This document shows positions 53,301-64,000 of a stretch of DNA of 64,000 nucleotides, piece after piece (the first letter of the stretch is position 1; each line of letters begins with the position of its first letter). Below the pieces are notes generated by a model. That model made no database searches, was not told the origin of the DNA, and saw only the letters and a list, made by a program, of their open reading frames with translations. A program made the translations under genes and the position numbers. This stretch comes from Antedon mediterranea (Eukaryota > Animalia > Echinodermata). The DNA is taken from assembly GCF_964355755.1 (NCBI RefSeq), contig NC_092673.1:3162001-3226000 (forward strand), read 5' to 3'.

Positions 53301-56300
53301 AGTAACAATATTGGACTGTTTTCCCTGAAATTGATGTCATAAATAGTCAATAATAGATGAAAAATGAACTAAATCTTAAAACAAGTCTTTGAAAATTCTT
53401 ATGAATTCTATCACAAACAAACGATTGTTGAATTATTTCTTTATGTGGTCCTTTATATCATGCAGTATCGTTGTATACATTATGAATATATTGAAGGATT
53501 TTATTATGTTACTAATTTGTTTGTGGTGGATTTGTTTTATTTTCAAAACCTTTGAAACATTTCTATGTAGCGCTAATCCGGTTACTTTGTTTTCAGATGC
53601 AGCCTGCGTCATTCATCCTGTCATGAAACAGCTAAAATCTATTTATACTCTTTTTTATTGAATAAAAATAATTTAACAATACATATATTAATTACTTGTA
53701 TCTTAGATCAAGCTAATTTCTTGCATTTTAACTGTTTTCCCAATCTGCCATTATACAGACAATTTGTTTAGTATATTGTCATTTTGAACATTTTGAGGTC
53801 AGGATTCTGAATTTAAAATATGAATCATGATCCATATTTAAATTATGATAAATATAAATCAGAAAGAATAGTATAAATTATAATAACTGTAACATGACAT
53901 GGTGAAAGGATGCTTTTCTTCTTTAATCAGAGTTATGGATATTTTTCATATCCTTTCAAAAAATGTATGTTTTAGTTATTGTCAATCAACTGCAATCATT
54001 TTTCAAACAATTGTGATGACATTTTAAGTGTTATAAAATACAGAAAAAAATGTATTCTTTCATTCCAAGTGAAATTTATGCTTTTCCACATTTTCCAAAA
54101 CTGTATTGATGCACAAAATGACACTTTTGGTATTAATATGTGAACCATAATAAAATGATATGACCTATGACCTATGCCCCTGTGGTGCCTACAGTGCTTC
54201 CATTTTACAATTTCTGAATTCTGCCCTTCCCTTTCCCTTTATTTCAAAATCGTAGATCAAATATTAAATTTTCCTTGCTTGTCACAGATAGATAGATAAT
54301 AATACACCAGAAAAAGAACAACACATGCTAAATAATCTCGTTATCAATATTTTTCAATGAATCCTTACTATCAACATTTCTGGGGGATGTAGACTTCTCA
54401 GATGTGGGCGTAATCATATGCTGTAGATGGTTAACATTCTTACAACCTAGCTGCCTCATTACTCTCTTTCATGGCTAATTGGCTCTGTTCCCTCAAATCA
54501 TCATATTAAACAAAGTAATTTGCGTACATCAATTTGTTTTGAAAGATGACATAAATGACATTTTCCCTTAATCTACTTAATCTGTTTGTTTTCTTTTTCT
54601 TATTTTATGCAGCCCATGGCCTGATACGACAGATGCACTCGCATATCTTGCACAGTTACTATTCATGTACGCAATCGTTTCTGATATTTTTACCCCTTAC
54701 TACCTAAGCTGTGTTGCATATATATAGATCTACTGTAGCAATATGCTGTAGCAGCCGTGAGAGATGAAAAAAAACGCCCTTTCCTTTGCTGCATGTAAAA
54801 TGCCTGTGTATTGCGGTAAGGTAATATTATGCTATGGCTTCCTGTGGCGTGCATATCATGTGATCAGAGTATCATGTGATCTTCAGCATATCATGTGATC
54901 ATCAGCATATCATGTGGTCAGGTTTGTTTTATCCGCTGCACTAATGCATATCTTCTCTTCACCTTAGAATTCCTGGAGTGAAAGTTACCGTAATCAAAAT
55001 CATCAGTACACTCTTTACTTTGTGTTTCTGTTTTATTTTCATCAAGTTTATTGCTTTTATTTATACAGGATTTTATGTTATATAGATTTTTTTGTTCTCC
55101 CAGTGCTTGAACTTTGACATTTGACGCTTTTAGATTTTGACATCTAAGCCACTTTGTGATTCCCTAAACGAAAGTTTTTTTTTCCTTTTTGGCGCCTTGC
55201 ATTTCTTTCAAACCAAAAACCTTTTAATATGCAAAGAATATAAGGGTTTTTTGGTTTTTAAAAATTCTGATAAAATATAAAAATATATTACAAAGTGGCA
55301 TCATTGTTGTCATATTTAATAAGTAAATACATTAGTTATTTGATTACATAGTGTTACTTCAAGCATTAAATTCATGCATTCTTAAATTACTTACTAACGT
55401 CAATTTGATTGAATCATTTACAGGGGGTAACCACACACACAGAGAAGCATTTATGAGCGGCGATCTAGAACCATGGGTTTTTCGTGGAGGACTGACCGGT
55501 GAATTACAAGTACGGATATTATCAAAAATAAACTTTCTTTTTAGAAACAAGAGTTGCCATAGTAACAGAATGCCATTTGCATCTTAAACTATTAGCAAGG
55601 ACACGTTTTTAGAAATTATTTATAAATAACTTACTGTATTATTTCAGAAATTATTGCGCTATTATTATAGTCGTGGTGAGTTCATCGTGCAAAGCAAATG
55701 CTGCAGTGCGCCGTGTTAACGCCCTATACGTCGCCATTCGTTATTCTGCGCATTTATATTTTAACAGCGAAGCGTGGCGCTTGCTTTCTGAAGGCAAGAT
55801 CTATTTGTTTTTACAGAAAGTGTGAATTAATATTGAAAATTGTTATTTTTCTTTTATTTTCAGATAAATAACATCATTTAATGAGAATCACAAACAATGG
55901 TTTATTTTATGTCACAAGTTATAATCTTTGATTTAATATTCGCCCACAACAAAATTTTTATTTTTATTTATTAATCATTATATATCTATTCTGATATAGA
56001 ATTTTTATAGAATTTGTCCATCATTGTGAAGATTATTTGTACAAAATAAACCATTTGATCCAGTGATTGTCATTAAATTTCATTAATAGCGCAGCATTGC
56101 TGCTGTCATATGCCAACACTCGTGCCAAAATCAGATCGTGCGCTGCGGCGCCAACGAAATGCGCTCCACCTTTTGCTGTGTTTTAAATTTATTTCTCCAA
56201 AGATATAGTGTAGATGCCATTTTTAAAATGTATTTGAGGTCTGAGCATAGTAAAAAACTAAATTGTGTATTTTGTATATTAAACTATCTATCTCTGTTCC

Positions 56301-59300
56301 TGTTGAATTTATTTATATTTAAAGAAAATTGTTTAGCAGTATGTGAGGTCCTTTGTGGGAAGAAAGGGGTATGGGGCTAGGGTCTTCTTCATTGAGGTAT
56401 TGACTAGAGGGTGGACTCTTGACTGGTATGGGGCTGGGGTCTTCACATTAAGGTATTGACTAGAGGGTGGACTCCTGACTGGTATGGGGCTAGGGTCTTC
56501 ACATTGAGGTATTGACTAGAGCAGGGAAATAGAGGGTGGACTCCTGACTGGTATGGAGCTGGGGTCTTCCCATTTAGGTATTGACTAGAGGGTGCACTCC
56601 TGACTGGTATGAGGCTGGGGTCTTCCCATTTAGGTATTGACTAGAGGGTGCACTCCTGACTGGTATGGGGCTGGGGTCTTCCCATTGAGGTATTGACTAG
56701 AGGGTGCACTCCTGACTGGTATGGGGCTGGGGTCTTCCCATTTAGGTATTGACTAGAGGGTGCACTCCTGACTGGTATGGGGCTGGGGTCTTCCCGTTGA
56801 GGTATTGACTAGAGGGTGCACTCCTGACTGGTATGGGGCTGGGGTCTTCACATTAAGGTATTGGCTAGAGGGTGCACTCCTGACTTGTATGGGCTGGGGT
56901 CTTCCCGTTGAGGTATTGACTAGAGGGTGCACTCCGGACTGGTATGGGGCTGGGGTCTTCCCGTTGAGGTATTGGCTAGAGGGTGCACTCCTGACTGGTA
57001 TGGGGCTGGGGTCTTCCCATTAAGGTATTGGCTAGAGGGTGCACTCCTGACTGGTATGGGGCTGGGGTCTTCCCATTGAGGTATTGACTAGAGGGTGCAC
57101 TCCTGACTGGTATGGGGCTGGGGTCTTCCCATTGAGGTATTGGCTAGAGGGTGCACTCCTGACTTGTATGGGGCTAGGGTCTTCCCATTGAGGTATTGAC
57201 TAGAGGGTGCACTCCTGACTGGTATGGGGCTGGGGTCTTCCCATTAAGGTATTGACTAGAGGGTGCACTCCTGACTGGTATGGGGCTGGGGTCTTCCCAT
57301 TAAGGTATTGGCTAGAGGGTGCACTCCTGACTGATATTGGGCTGAGGTCTTCCCATTAAGGTATTGGCTAGAGGGTGCACTCCTGACTGGTATTGGGCTG
57401 GGGTCTTCCCATTAAGGTATTGGCTAGAGGGTGCACTCCTGACTAGTATTGGGCTGGGGTCTTCCCGTTAAGGTATTGGCTAGAGGGTGCACTCCTGATT
57501 GGTATGGGGCTGGGGTCTTCCCATTGAGGTATTGACTAGAGGGTGCACTCCTGACTGGTATGGGGCTGGGGTCTTCCCATTAAGGTATTGACTAGAGGGT
57601 GCACTCCTGACTGGTATGGGGCACGTTTTTTAATTTTTTTATGTTTTATTGCAGCGTATGCTACCAATTGATGGGGCAAATGACTTATTCTACAAAGTTC
57701 CACCGAAACAAATATGCAATAAAATATACACCATTCGTCCATTTCGTAACTCTGATGAGGTAAACATGATTAATTTTGCAAATTTTGTTTGACTAGTAGG
57801 TTGAGATACAAACTGTAACTTATACTTATTTGGCAAGGTCAAGGTTTTTATCTGTGGTGCACACAGATCCGTGAAAGACCGTTGTTTATGAAAGGAATGT
57901 GTTGTTATCTGGATGAGGCATGCAATTCATCAAAGCAGATGATTCAAAATGCTTTCCATCCAACATCTTGTATTTAATACAGCTCTTACATCTTACGCTT
58001 CAGTTGCGTGGGATAGAACGTTATATTGTAATGCAAGAATATAATGTTGTAATTTCTATTATTACAGTTAGGAATATTTAGGCAGTGTCGTATGACTTAC
58101 CAAGATGGTAGAGATGCTACTGACTTGTTCTCTGAGCACCTTCGTCTACCAGGAAACAAGTAAGATATATTTATTTATTATTATTTTGCACTGATGACGG
58201 GCTAGTGTTGCCCGAAACCTCTGCTATTTTTTCTGGCTGTTTTACTTTACTGTTTTTGAGTTAGCTTTTTGCTTATTTGAGATCCAGCCACTGTTTTTTC
58301 AGTGCTTGTTTTATTTTGTATCTCCATTGAGGTCCAGCCACTGATACCCACAGCATTGTAATTTTTTTCTGTAATTTGCCTTTGGATTTATTATTATTTT
58401 ATATATATTATACTGTGAGTATATCAGACCCATGCCTCTTGGATGCTAGTAGGATATCTCTTATTATTACACCATGTTGCTCTCTCAAATTCTGGTGACA
58501 CCCAAGAGTAGAAGTTGGTGGTTTAATGTTGAGATTTTTCTTAATATAACAATTATATTCATTTTTAGAAAAGTAGGTGCTCTACTCACATTTAGTCCTG
58601 AATACTGTTTTGTTGCCGAGGAAGATGGTGAATTATGTGGTTATGCCCTGGCAACCCTCGACTCGATGGAATTCCAAAAGAAATGCGAACTGGCTTGGCT
58701 ACCGGAAATGTGTATGAAGTATCCTAAACCAGAGAAGACCGAAGGGCTAACACTTGCTGAGGTATTTAATACTTGCCTTTTTATTAAAAAATCTCTTCAG
58801 TCAAAGACTGGTCTGCCAGAGAGCCCAGTTGGTGATCAGTGGCTGTGATGTACTAATACACCGGGGTAACCCCCTACTCGTCTCGAAAGATGTACAAGGT
58901 TCTTTAAAGTGCACACAAGCTAGTTGTGTATACTGGACCTACAGTTTATAGTCCTTATCCAAAAAGACTCGTTCTACCACCAGAACCATGGAGTGAGTGA
59001 GTCTCGAATCCCTGCCGATGTTATGGCTACGTAATTACGGTTCCACTGTCTTAACCGCTCGGCCACTCACTCACTCACAGTAATTTTGTTTCATTATTTT
59101 GTTTTTTTCAGATGATCATTGTCAGCTTTCACAATCACAAGCCATTCAGACCTGTGAACATGTTTCAACGATTTCCATCATTATTAACAATGAGCGTGTT
59201 GTCAAGTGTTGAGGATCAAGGTGTGTTAAAGAATCTATTGGCATGTATACTGTCAGCTCTTAAGGCGAATGGTAAGTAATGTACATCCAATTAAAGATCT

Positions 59301-59902
59301 CTAATTGGAGACCACTCTTTTTTAGACTAGACCAGACTAGACTTACCATGGATACCAACAGAAAGCTTAAGGCTAGTCAAATGGCCAACCAGTTAAGGCA
59401 GGGGTGCCATTTATCATACATAAAAAGAGCTACTCAAGACCGACTTGCTCCTAGTTCTGGTGGTGGAACAAGTCTTATCGGATAAGGACTATAAACTGTA
59501 GGTCCAGTGTACACTGTTATCCAGTGCATGTTAAACAACCTAGTTCATCATTCGAGATAAGTAGGGGGTTACCACGATGGACTGGTTCACAAAGTATCCT
59601 CTGTATCGGGGGAAGGATTTAGACATTGGATATCAGTAATAGTGTCATATTTACATTCATACACAATGACAAGAATTGTGGATATAAAGTTTGCGGTGTA
59701 TTAGTTCTGAATATTATTAATATAAAACTTTATTCTAAATAAATTTATTTTTATATTTTACTAAGGATCCCACGGTGCTTATATTGAAGTATTGAAATCC
59801 GAGTGTTCTATGATTGACTTCTACAAGAAACTAGGCTTTTTTGATGTCCCATTAGCGGACAACCAAGAAGAAGATTTCGTCATCCTTGGTAGAACCATCT
59901 AG
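47322..59902 (+). CDS. OGA: Protein O-GlcNAcase (GH84 + stalk + pseudo-HAT domain)
   Basis: ~15 exons: LCGVVEG|[14 protein letters not shown], catalytic ILFDDID, FCPT|[41 protein letters not shown]|, [14 protein letters not shown]|[12 protein letters not shown] and a GNAT-like C-terminus; stop TAG at 59902. Start codon is tentative. Confidence 0.95.
48700..48929 (-). mobile_element. tRNA-derived Deu-like SINE
   Basis: Minus-strand head GAGCGAGTGGCCAAGCGGTTAAG (A box), GGTTTGAGCC (B-box-like) and the shared core. Confidence 0.8.
49716..49846. mobile_element. MITE family A copy
   Basis: TTA|AGCTCTGTCTACACTA ... TAGTGTAGACAGAGCT|TTT. Confidence 0.85.
51900..52135. repeat. Degenerate 20-bp tandem repeat
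   Basis: GCAGCTCTTGCATCACTTCT units in an OGA intron. Confidence 0.75.
56369..57621 (+). repeat. 56-bp G-rich minisatellite (~22 copies)
   Basis: Unit GAGGTATTGACTAGAGGGTGCACTCCTGACTGGTATGGGGCTGGGGTCTTCCCATT. Confidence 0.96.
58188..58400 (+). mobile_element. Second copy of the hammerhead-bearing short repeat
   Basis: GCA-CTGATGA-C-GGGC-TAGTGTT-GCCC-GAAA-CCTC-TGC, with a downstream body homologous to 37310-37445. Confidence 0.6.
58835..59072 (-). mobile_element. tRNA-derived Deu-like SINE
   Basis: Head GTGAGTGGCCGAGCGGTTAAG...GATTCGAGAC, core homologous to the other copies. A partial + strand copy lies at ~59450-59590. Confidence 0.82.
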
Positions 59903-60741
59903 AATTCTGGTGAAATACTTGTAGCGTTTCCTAACAGTCCCTGAATATGTATTACATTAGCCTGCACTCAAAATAGTACGTTCACATGTAATAGTAACCC
60001 CATGACAAGGCAATAATGATTTAAATATACAGGCACAAAGATGCACAAGGATAAAATGATGATTAAAATTATCCAAACCTTTTTAGTTATCAAATACAAT
60101 CATCGTCACAAGCAATTTAAACTAAATGCAAGTAAACTGTGATTTGTTTACTACTACAAAAAAAGGAAAGAAATATTGAATCTTTTTGAATTGTTATAAA
60201 TTACCCAATTACAATAGAAATATACATTAATTCTATTTATTTCTGAAATTGGATATAATGTGCACAAACAAAAATTAATTTGTGGTACATATAAAATAAT
60301 TTTAAAAAGTAGAAATTATGAAATTGTTAATTCAAAATTATAAGAACGTATAATATATTAAAGCCTAACAACAATTAATATTCGATGTTTTAAATTCACT
60401 CAAATAATTATAATTATCAAATGATTTTAGTGTATTTCACTACCCTGAATTAATATAAATTTTTTCTCAATTTTATTTAAAATTTATTATTAGATAATAA
60501 TAATTAATAATGTGTACTGTTATTATGTTTTAACCTGTTTAAATTCAATAGTAAAAAAGAATCTAAAATTTACATTTTTGTAACATCTGCATTATCGGTA
60601 ATTGTGTATTGGCCATAGTAATATAATTTTTTTTAAATTATCCTTTATGTTTTTCATTGTTTAATTAATATTCCTATATATATATTTTAAGAATAATCTC
60701 TGGAAGAAAAGAAATGTAATTATTCAATTTGTGGCATCCTG

Positions 60742-61084
60742 GATGCGATTTTTTTTTTCGTACATAAGTTGGGGACCCCATGTGAAAGATAGCCGAACTA
60801 CTTCCTAAATATAACTAAACCTAACCCTCCAAATAATCTCTCTCTCACTATAAAGTAAAAGAAGTAACTCATGGGAGTCGAACCCCATACATCGACATGT
60901 AAAGTCCATAGTCTTATCCACTCGACTACACAGACGGCTCGACAGAAATCGTTTGCATTAGCGAATTGTAGTTAGCTGAATTCTTACGTCACACCTTATG
61001 GATATGATTAATGAATATTCATGAATATTCTGTGACGTTTCACGAGGGGTCCCCAACTTATGTACGAAAAGAAATATCGCATCC
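60742..61084. mobile_element. MITE with ~38-bp TIRs and an internal tRNA-like segment
   Basis: GATGCGATTTTTTTTTTCGTACATAAGTTGGGGACCCC / GGGGTCCCCAACTTATGTACGAAAAGAAATATCGCATC; TCCTGGA present at both junctions. Confidence 0.85.
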
Positions 61085-61587
61085 TGGACATATGACGTTA
61101 ATTTTCCTGTATACGATTGGAAATTAAATTGTATTTAAAATTTTGAAATTTTAAAATAAGATAACTAATAGCATTATATACCATCAGATTCTGAATAGGA
61201 GCAGGAAATAATGAAATACATACCATGTTTAATTTGATTCAGCAAGATGGATGGTTTATATACATCAACAAAGGGAGTTTGGATCACAAGAATTAAAACA
61301 AAACTAGAATTTAAGTTTATTTAAGAAATCCTGATAATAATTGCTGAATTTATGTACAAATGCACATTTCAAATGAAGCAAGCTTGCGTTTAAGATAACA
61401 TCTGAGACCTGACTGTCAATAAAAAGAACCCTTGAAACTATGTATACATTGTGTTATTAGAGGGCGCTTTTGATTTGTGAGGTCCGATGACCAACCTATG
61501 TCACGTGTATCAATGTATTGCATATAATATTTTTGCATAATAATTCAATTTTGAAATGTCGATATAAAAAAATTCCTATACTGTACG

Positions 61588-64000
61588 CATTATTCGTCTC
61601 TGCGCATGTTTATTGTGCTATAGTAACCATTTATGTCAAAAAATAAAAGGGGCGAAAATCGGCCATTTTTCAAAAATTTCCCTGTACTATAGTACAGGGA
61701 TTTTTACCAAAAATGGCCAATTTCGACCTTTTTATTTTTCGATGCGCAGAACCCATTATTCGACTCTGCGCATGTTTATTGTGCTATAGTAACCATTTAT
61801 GTCAAAAAATAAGAGGGTCGAAAATCGGCCATTTTTCGAAAATTTCCCTGTACTATAGTACAGGAATTTTTTATTTTCGACCTTTTTATTTTTCGATAAA
61901 ACTGGTTACTATAGCACAATTGACATGCGCAGAACCCATTATTCGACTCTGCGCATGTTTATTATGCTATAGTAACCATTTATGTCAAAAAATAAAAGGG
62001 GCGAAAATCGGCCATTTTTCGAAAATTTCCCTGTACAGGGATTTTTTCCAAAAATGGCCAATTTCGACCTTTTTATTTTTCGATAAAACTGGTTAATATA
62101 GCACAATTGACAAGCGCAGAACCCATTATTCGACTCTGCGCATGTTTATTGTGCTATAGTAACCATTTATGTCAAAAAATAAAAGGGTCGAAAATCGGTT
62201 ATTTTTCGAAAATTTCCCTGTACTATAGTACAAGGATTTTTTCCAAAAATGGCCAATTTCGATCTTTTTATTTTTCAATAAAACTGGTTAATATAGCACA
62301 ATTGACAAGCGCAGAACCCATTATTCGACTCTGCGCATGTTTATTATGCTATAGTAACCATTTATGTCAAAAAATAAAAGGGGCGAAAATCGGCCATTTT
62401 TCGAAAATTTCCCTGTACAGGAATTTTTTCCAAAAATGGCCAATTTCGACCTTTTTATTTTTCGATAAAACTGGTTACTATAGCACAATTGACATGCGCA
62501 GAACCCATTATTCGACTCTGCGCATGTTTATTATGCTATAGTAACCATTTATGTCAAAAAATAAAAGGGGCGAAAATCGGCCATTTTTCAAAAATTTCCC
62601 TGTACAGGGATTTTTTCCAAAAATGGCCAATTTCGACCTTTTTATTTTTCGATAAAACTGGTTAATATAGCACAATTGACAAGCGCAGAACCCATTATTT
62701 GACTCTGCGCATGTTTATTGTGCTATAGTAACCATTTATGTCAAAAAATAAAAGGGTCGAAAATCGGTTATTTTTCGAAAATTTCCCTGTACTATAGTAC
62801 AGGGATTTTTTCCAAAAATGGCCAATTTCGATCTTTTTATTTTTCGATAAAACTGGTTACTATAGCACAATTGACATGCGCAGAACCCATTATTCGACTC
62901 TGCGCATGTTTATTATGCTATAGTAACCATTTATATCAAAAAATAAAAGGGGTGAAAATCGGCCATTTTTCGAAAATTTTCCCTGTACTATAGTACAGGG
63001 ATTTTTTCCAAAAATGGCCAATTTCGACCTTTTTATTTTTCGATAAAACTGGTTACTATAGCACAATTGACATGCGCAGAACCCATTATTCGACTCTGCG
63101 CATGTTTATTATGCTATAGTAACCATTTATGTCAAAAAATAAGAGGGTCGAAAATCGGCCATTTTTCGAAAATTTCCCTGTACTATAGTACAGGGATTTT
63201 TTCCAAATATGGCCAATTTCGACCTTTTTATTTTTCGATAAAACTGGTTACTATAGCACAATTGACATGCGCAGAACCCATTATTCGACTCTGCGCATGT
63301 TTTTTGTGCTATAGTAACCATTTATGTCAAAAAATAAAAGGGTCGAAAATCGGTTATTTTTCGAAAATTTCCCTGTACTATAGTACAGGAATTTTTTCAA
63401 AAAATTGCCAATTTTCGATCTTTTTATTTTTCGATAAAACTGGTTAATATAGCACAATTGACAAGCGCAGAACCCATTATTCGACTCTGCGCATGTTTAT
63501 TATGCTATAGTAACCATTTATGTCAAAAAATAAAAGGGGCGAAAATCGGCCATTTTTCGAAAATTTCCCTGTACTATAGTACAGGGATTTTTTCCAAAAA
63601 TGGCCAATTTCGACCTTTTTATTTTTCGATAAAACTGGTTACTATAGCACAATTGACATGCGCAGAACCCATTATTCGACTCTGCGCATGTTTATTGTGC
63701 TATAGTAACCATTTATGTCAAAAAATAAGAGGGTCGAAAATCGGCCATTTTTCGAAAATTTCCCTGTACTATAGTACAGGAATTTTTTATTTTCGATATT
63801 TTTATTTTTCGATAAAACTGGTTACTATAGCACAATTGACATGCGCAGAACCCATTATTCGACTCTGCGCATGTTTATTATGCTATAGTAACCATTTATG
63901 TCAAAAAATAAGAGGGTCGAAAATCGGCAATTTTTCGAAAATTTCCCTGTACAGGTATTTTTTCAGAAAATGGCCAATTTTCGACCTTTTTATTTTTCGA
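61588..64000. repeat. ~195-bp palindromic satellite array, runs off the window end (~12 monomers visible)
   Basis: GCGCAGAACCCATT recurs at 61927, 62114, 62309, 62496, 62683, 62878, 63074, 63269 (periods 187/195/196). Confidence 0.96.

Noticed and set aside
56805-57742. ORFs within the 56-bp minisatellite
   Set aside because: Repeat-derived and intronic, with no coding signature.
60866-60936. Functional tRNA gene
   Set aside because: No acceptor stem and a poor anticodon stem; it lies inside a MITE.
61713-63447. 91-144-aa ORFs in the terminal satellite
   Set aside because: The monomer length is a multiple of three; the translations are repetitive and frequently broken.

Overview
AT-rich, intron-rich animal genomic DNA, probably an invertebrate deuterostome (inferred from the Deu-domain SINE and vertebrate-like intron positions). 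Gene order: eIF3a (5'-truncated, +), mitochondrial GrpE (-), CFAP58 (+), intronless FoxI (-), elongator tRNA-Met (+), SNRPG (-) and O-GlcNAcase/OGA (+). The main feature is a 19,057-bp non-coding foldback element (13626-32682). It consists of two inverted arrays of a ~196-bp satellite, is capped by ~165-bp terminal inverted repeats and has a perfect 9-bp target-site duplication (CCAGCAATC). It sits 10 bp upstream of the GrpE start codon and splits a compact GrpE/CFAP58 divergent promoter. A second, unrelated ~195-bp palindromic satellite runs off the window end. Introns hold a C/D snoRNA and a paralog broken by nested LINE/DNA-transposon insertions, several MITE and SINE families, hammerhead-like motifs, and candidate alternative and poison exons in OGA. 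All coordinates and copy numbers were read by eye, and no database searches were run.
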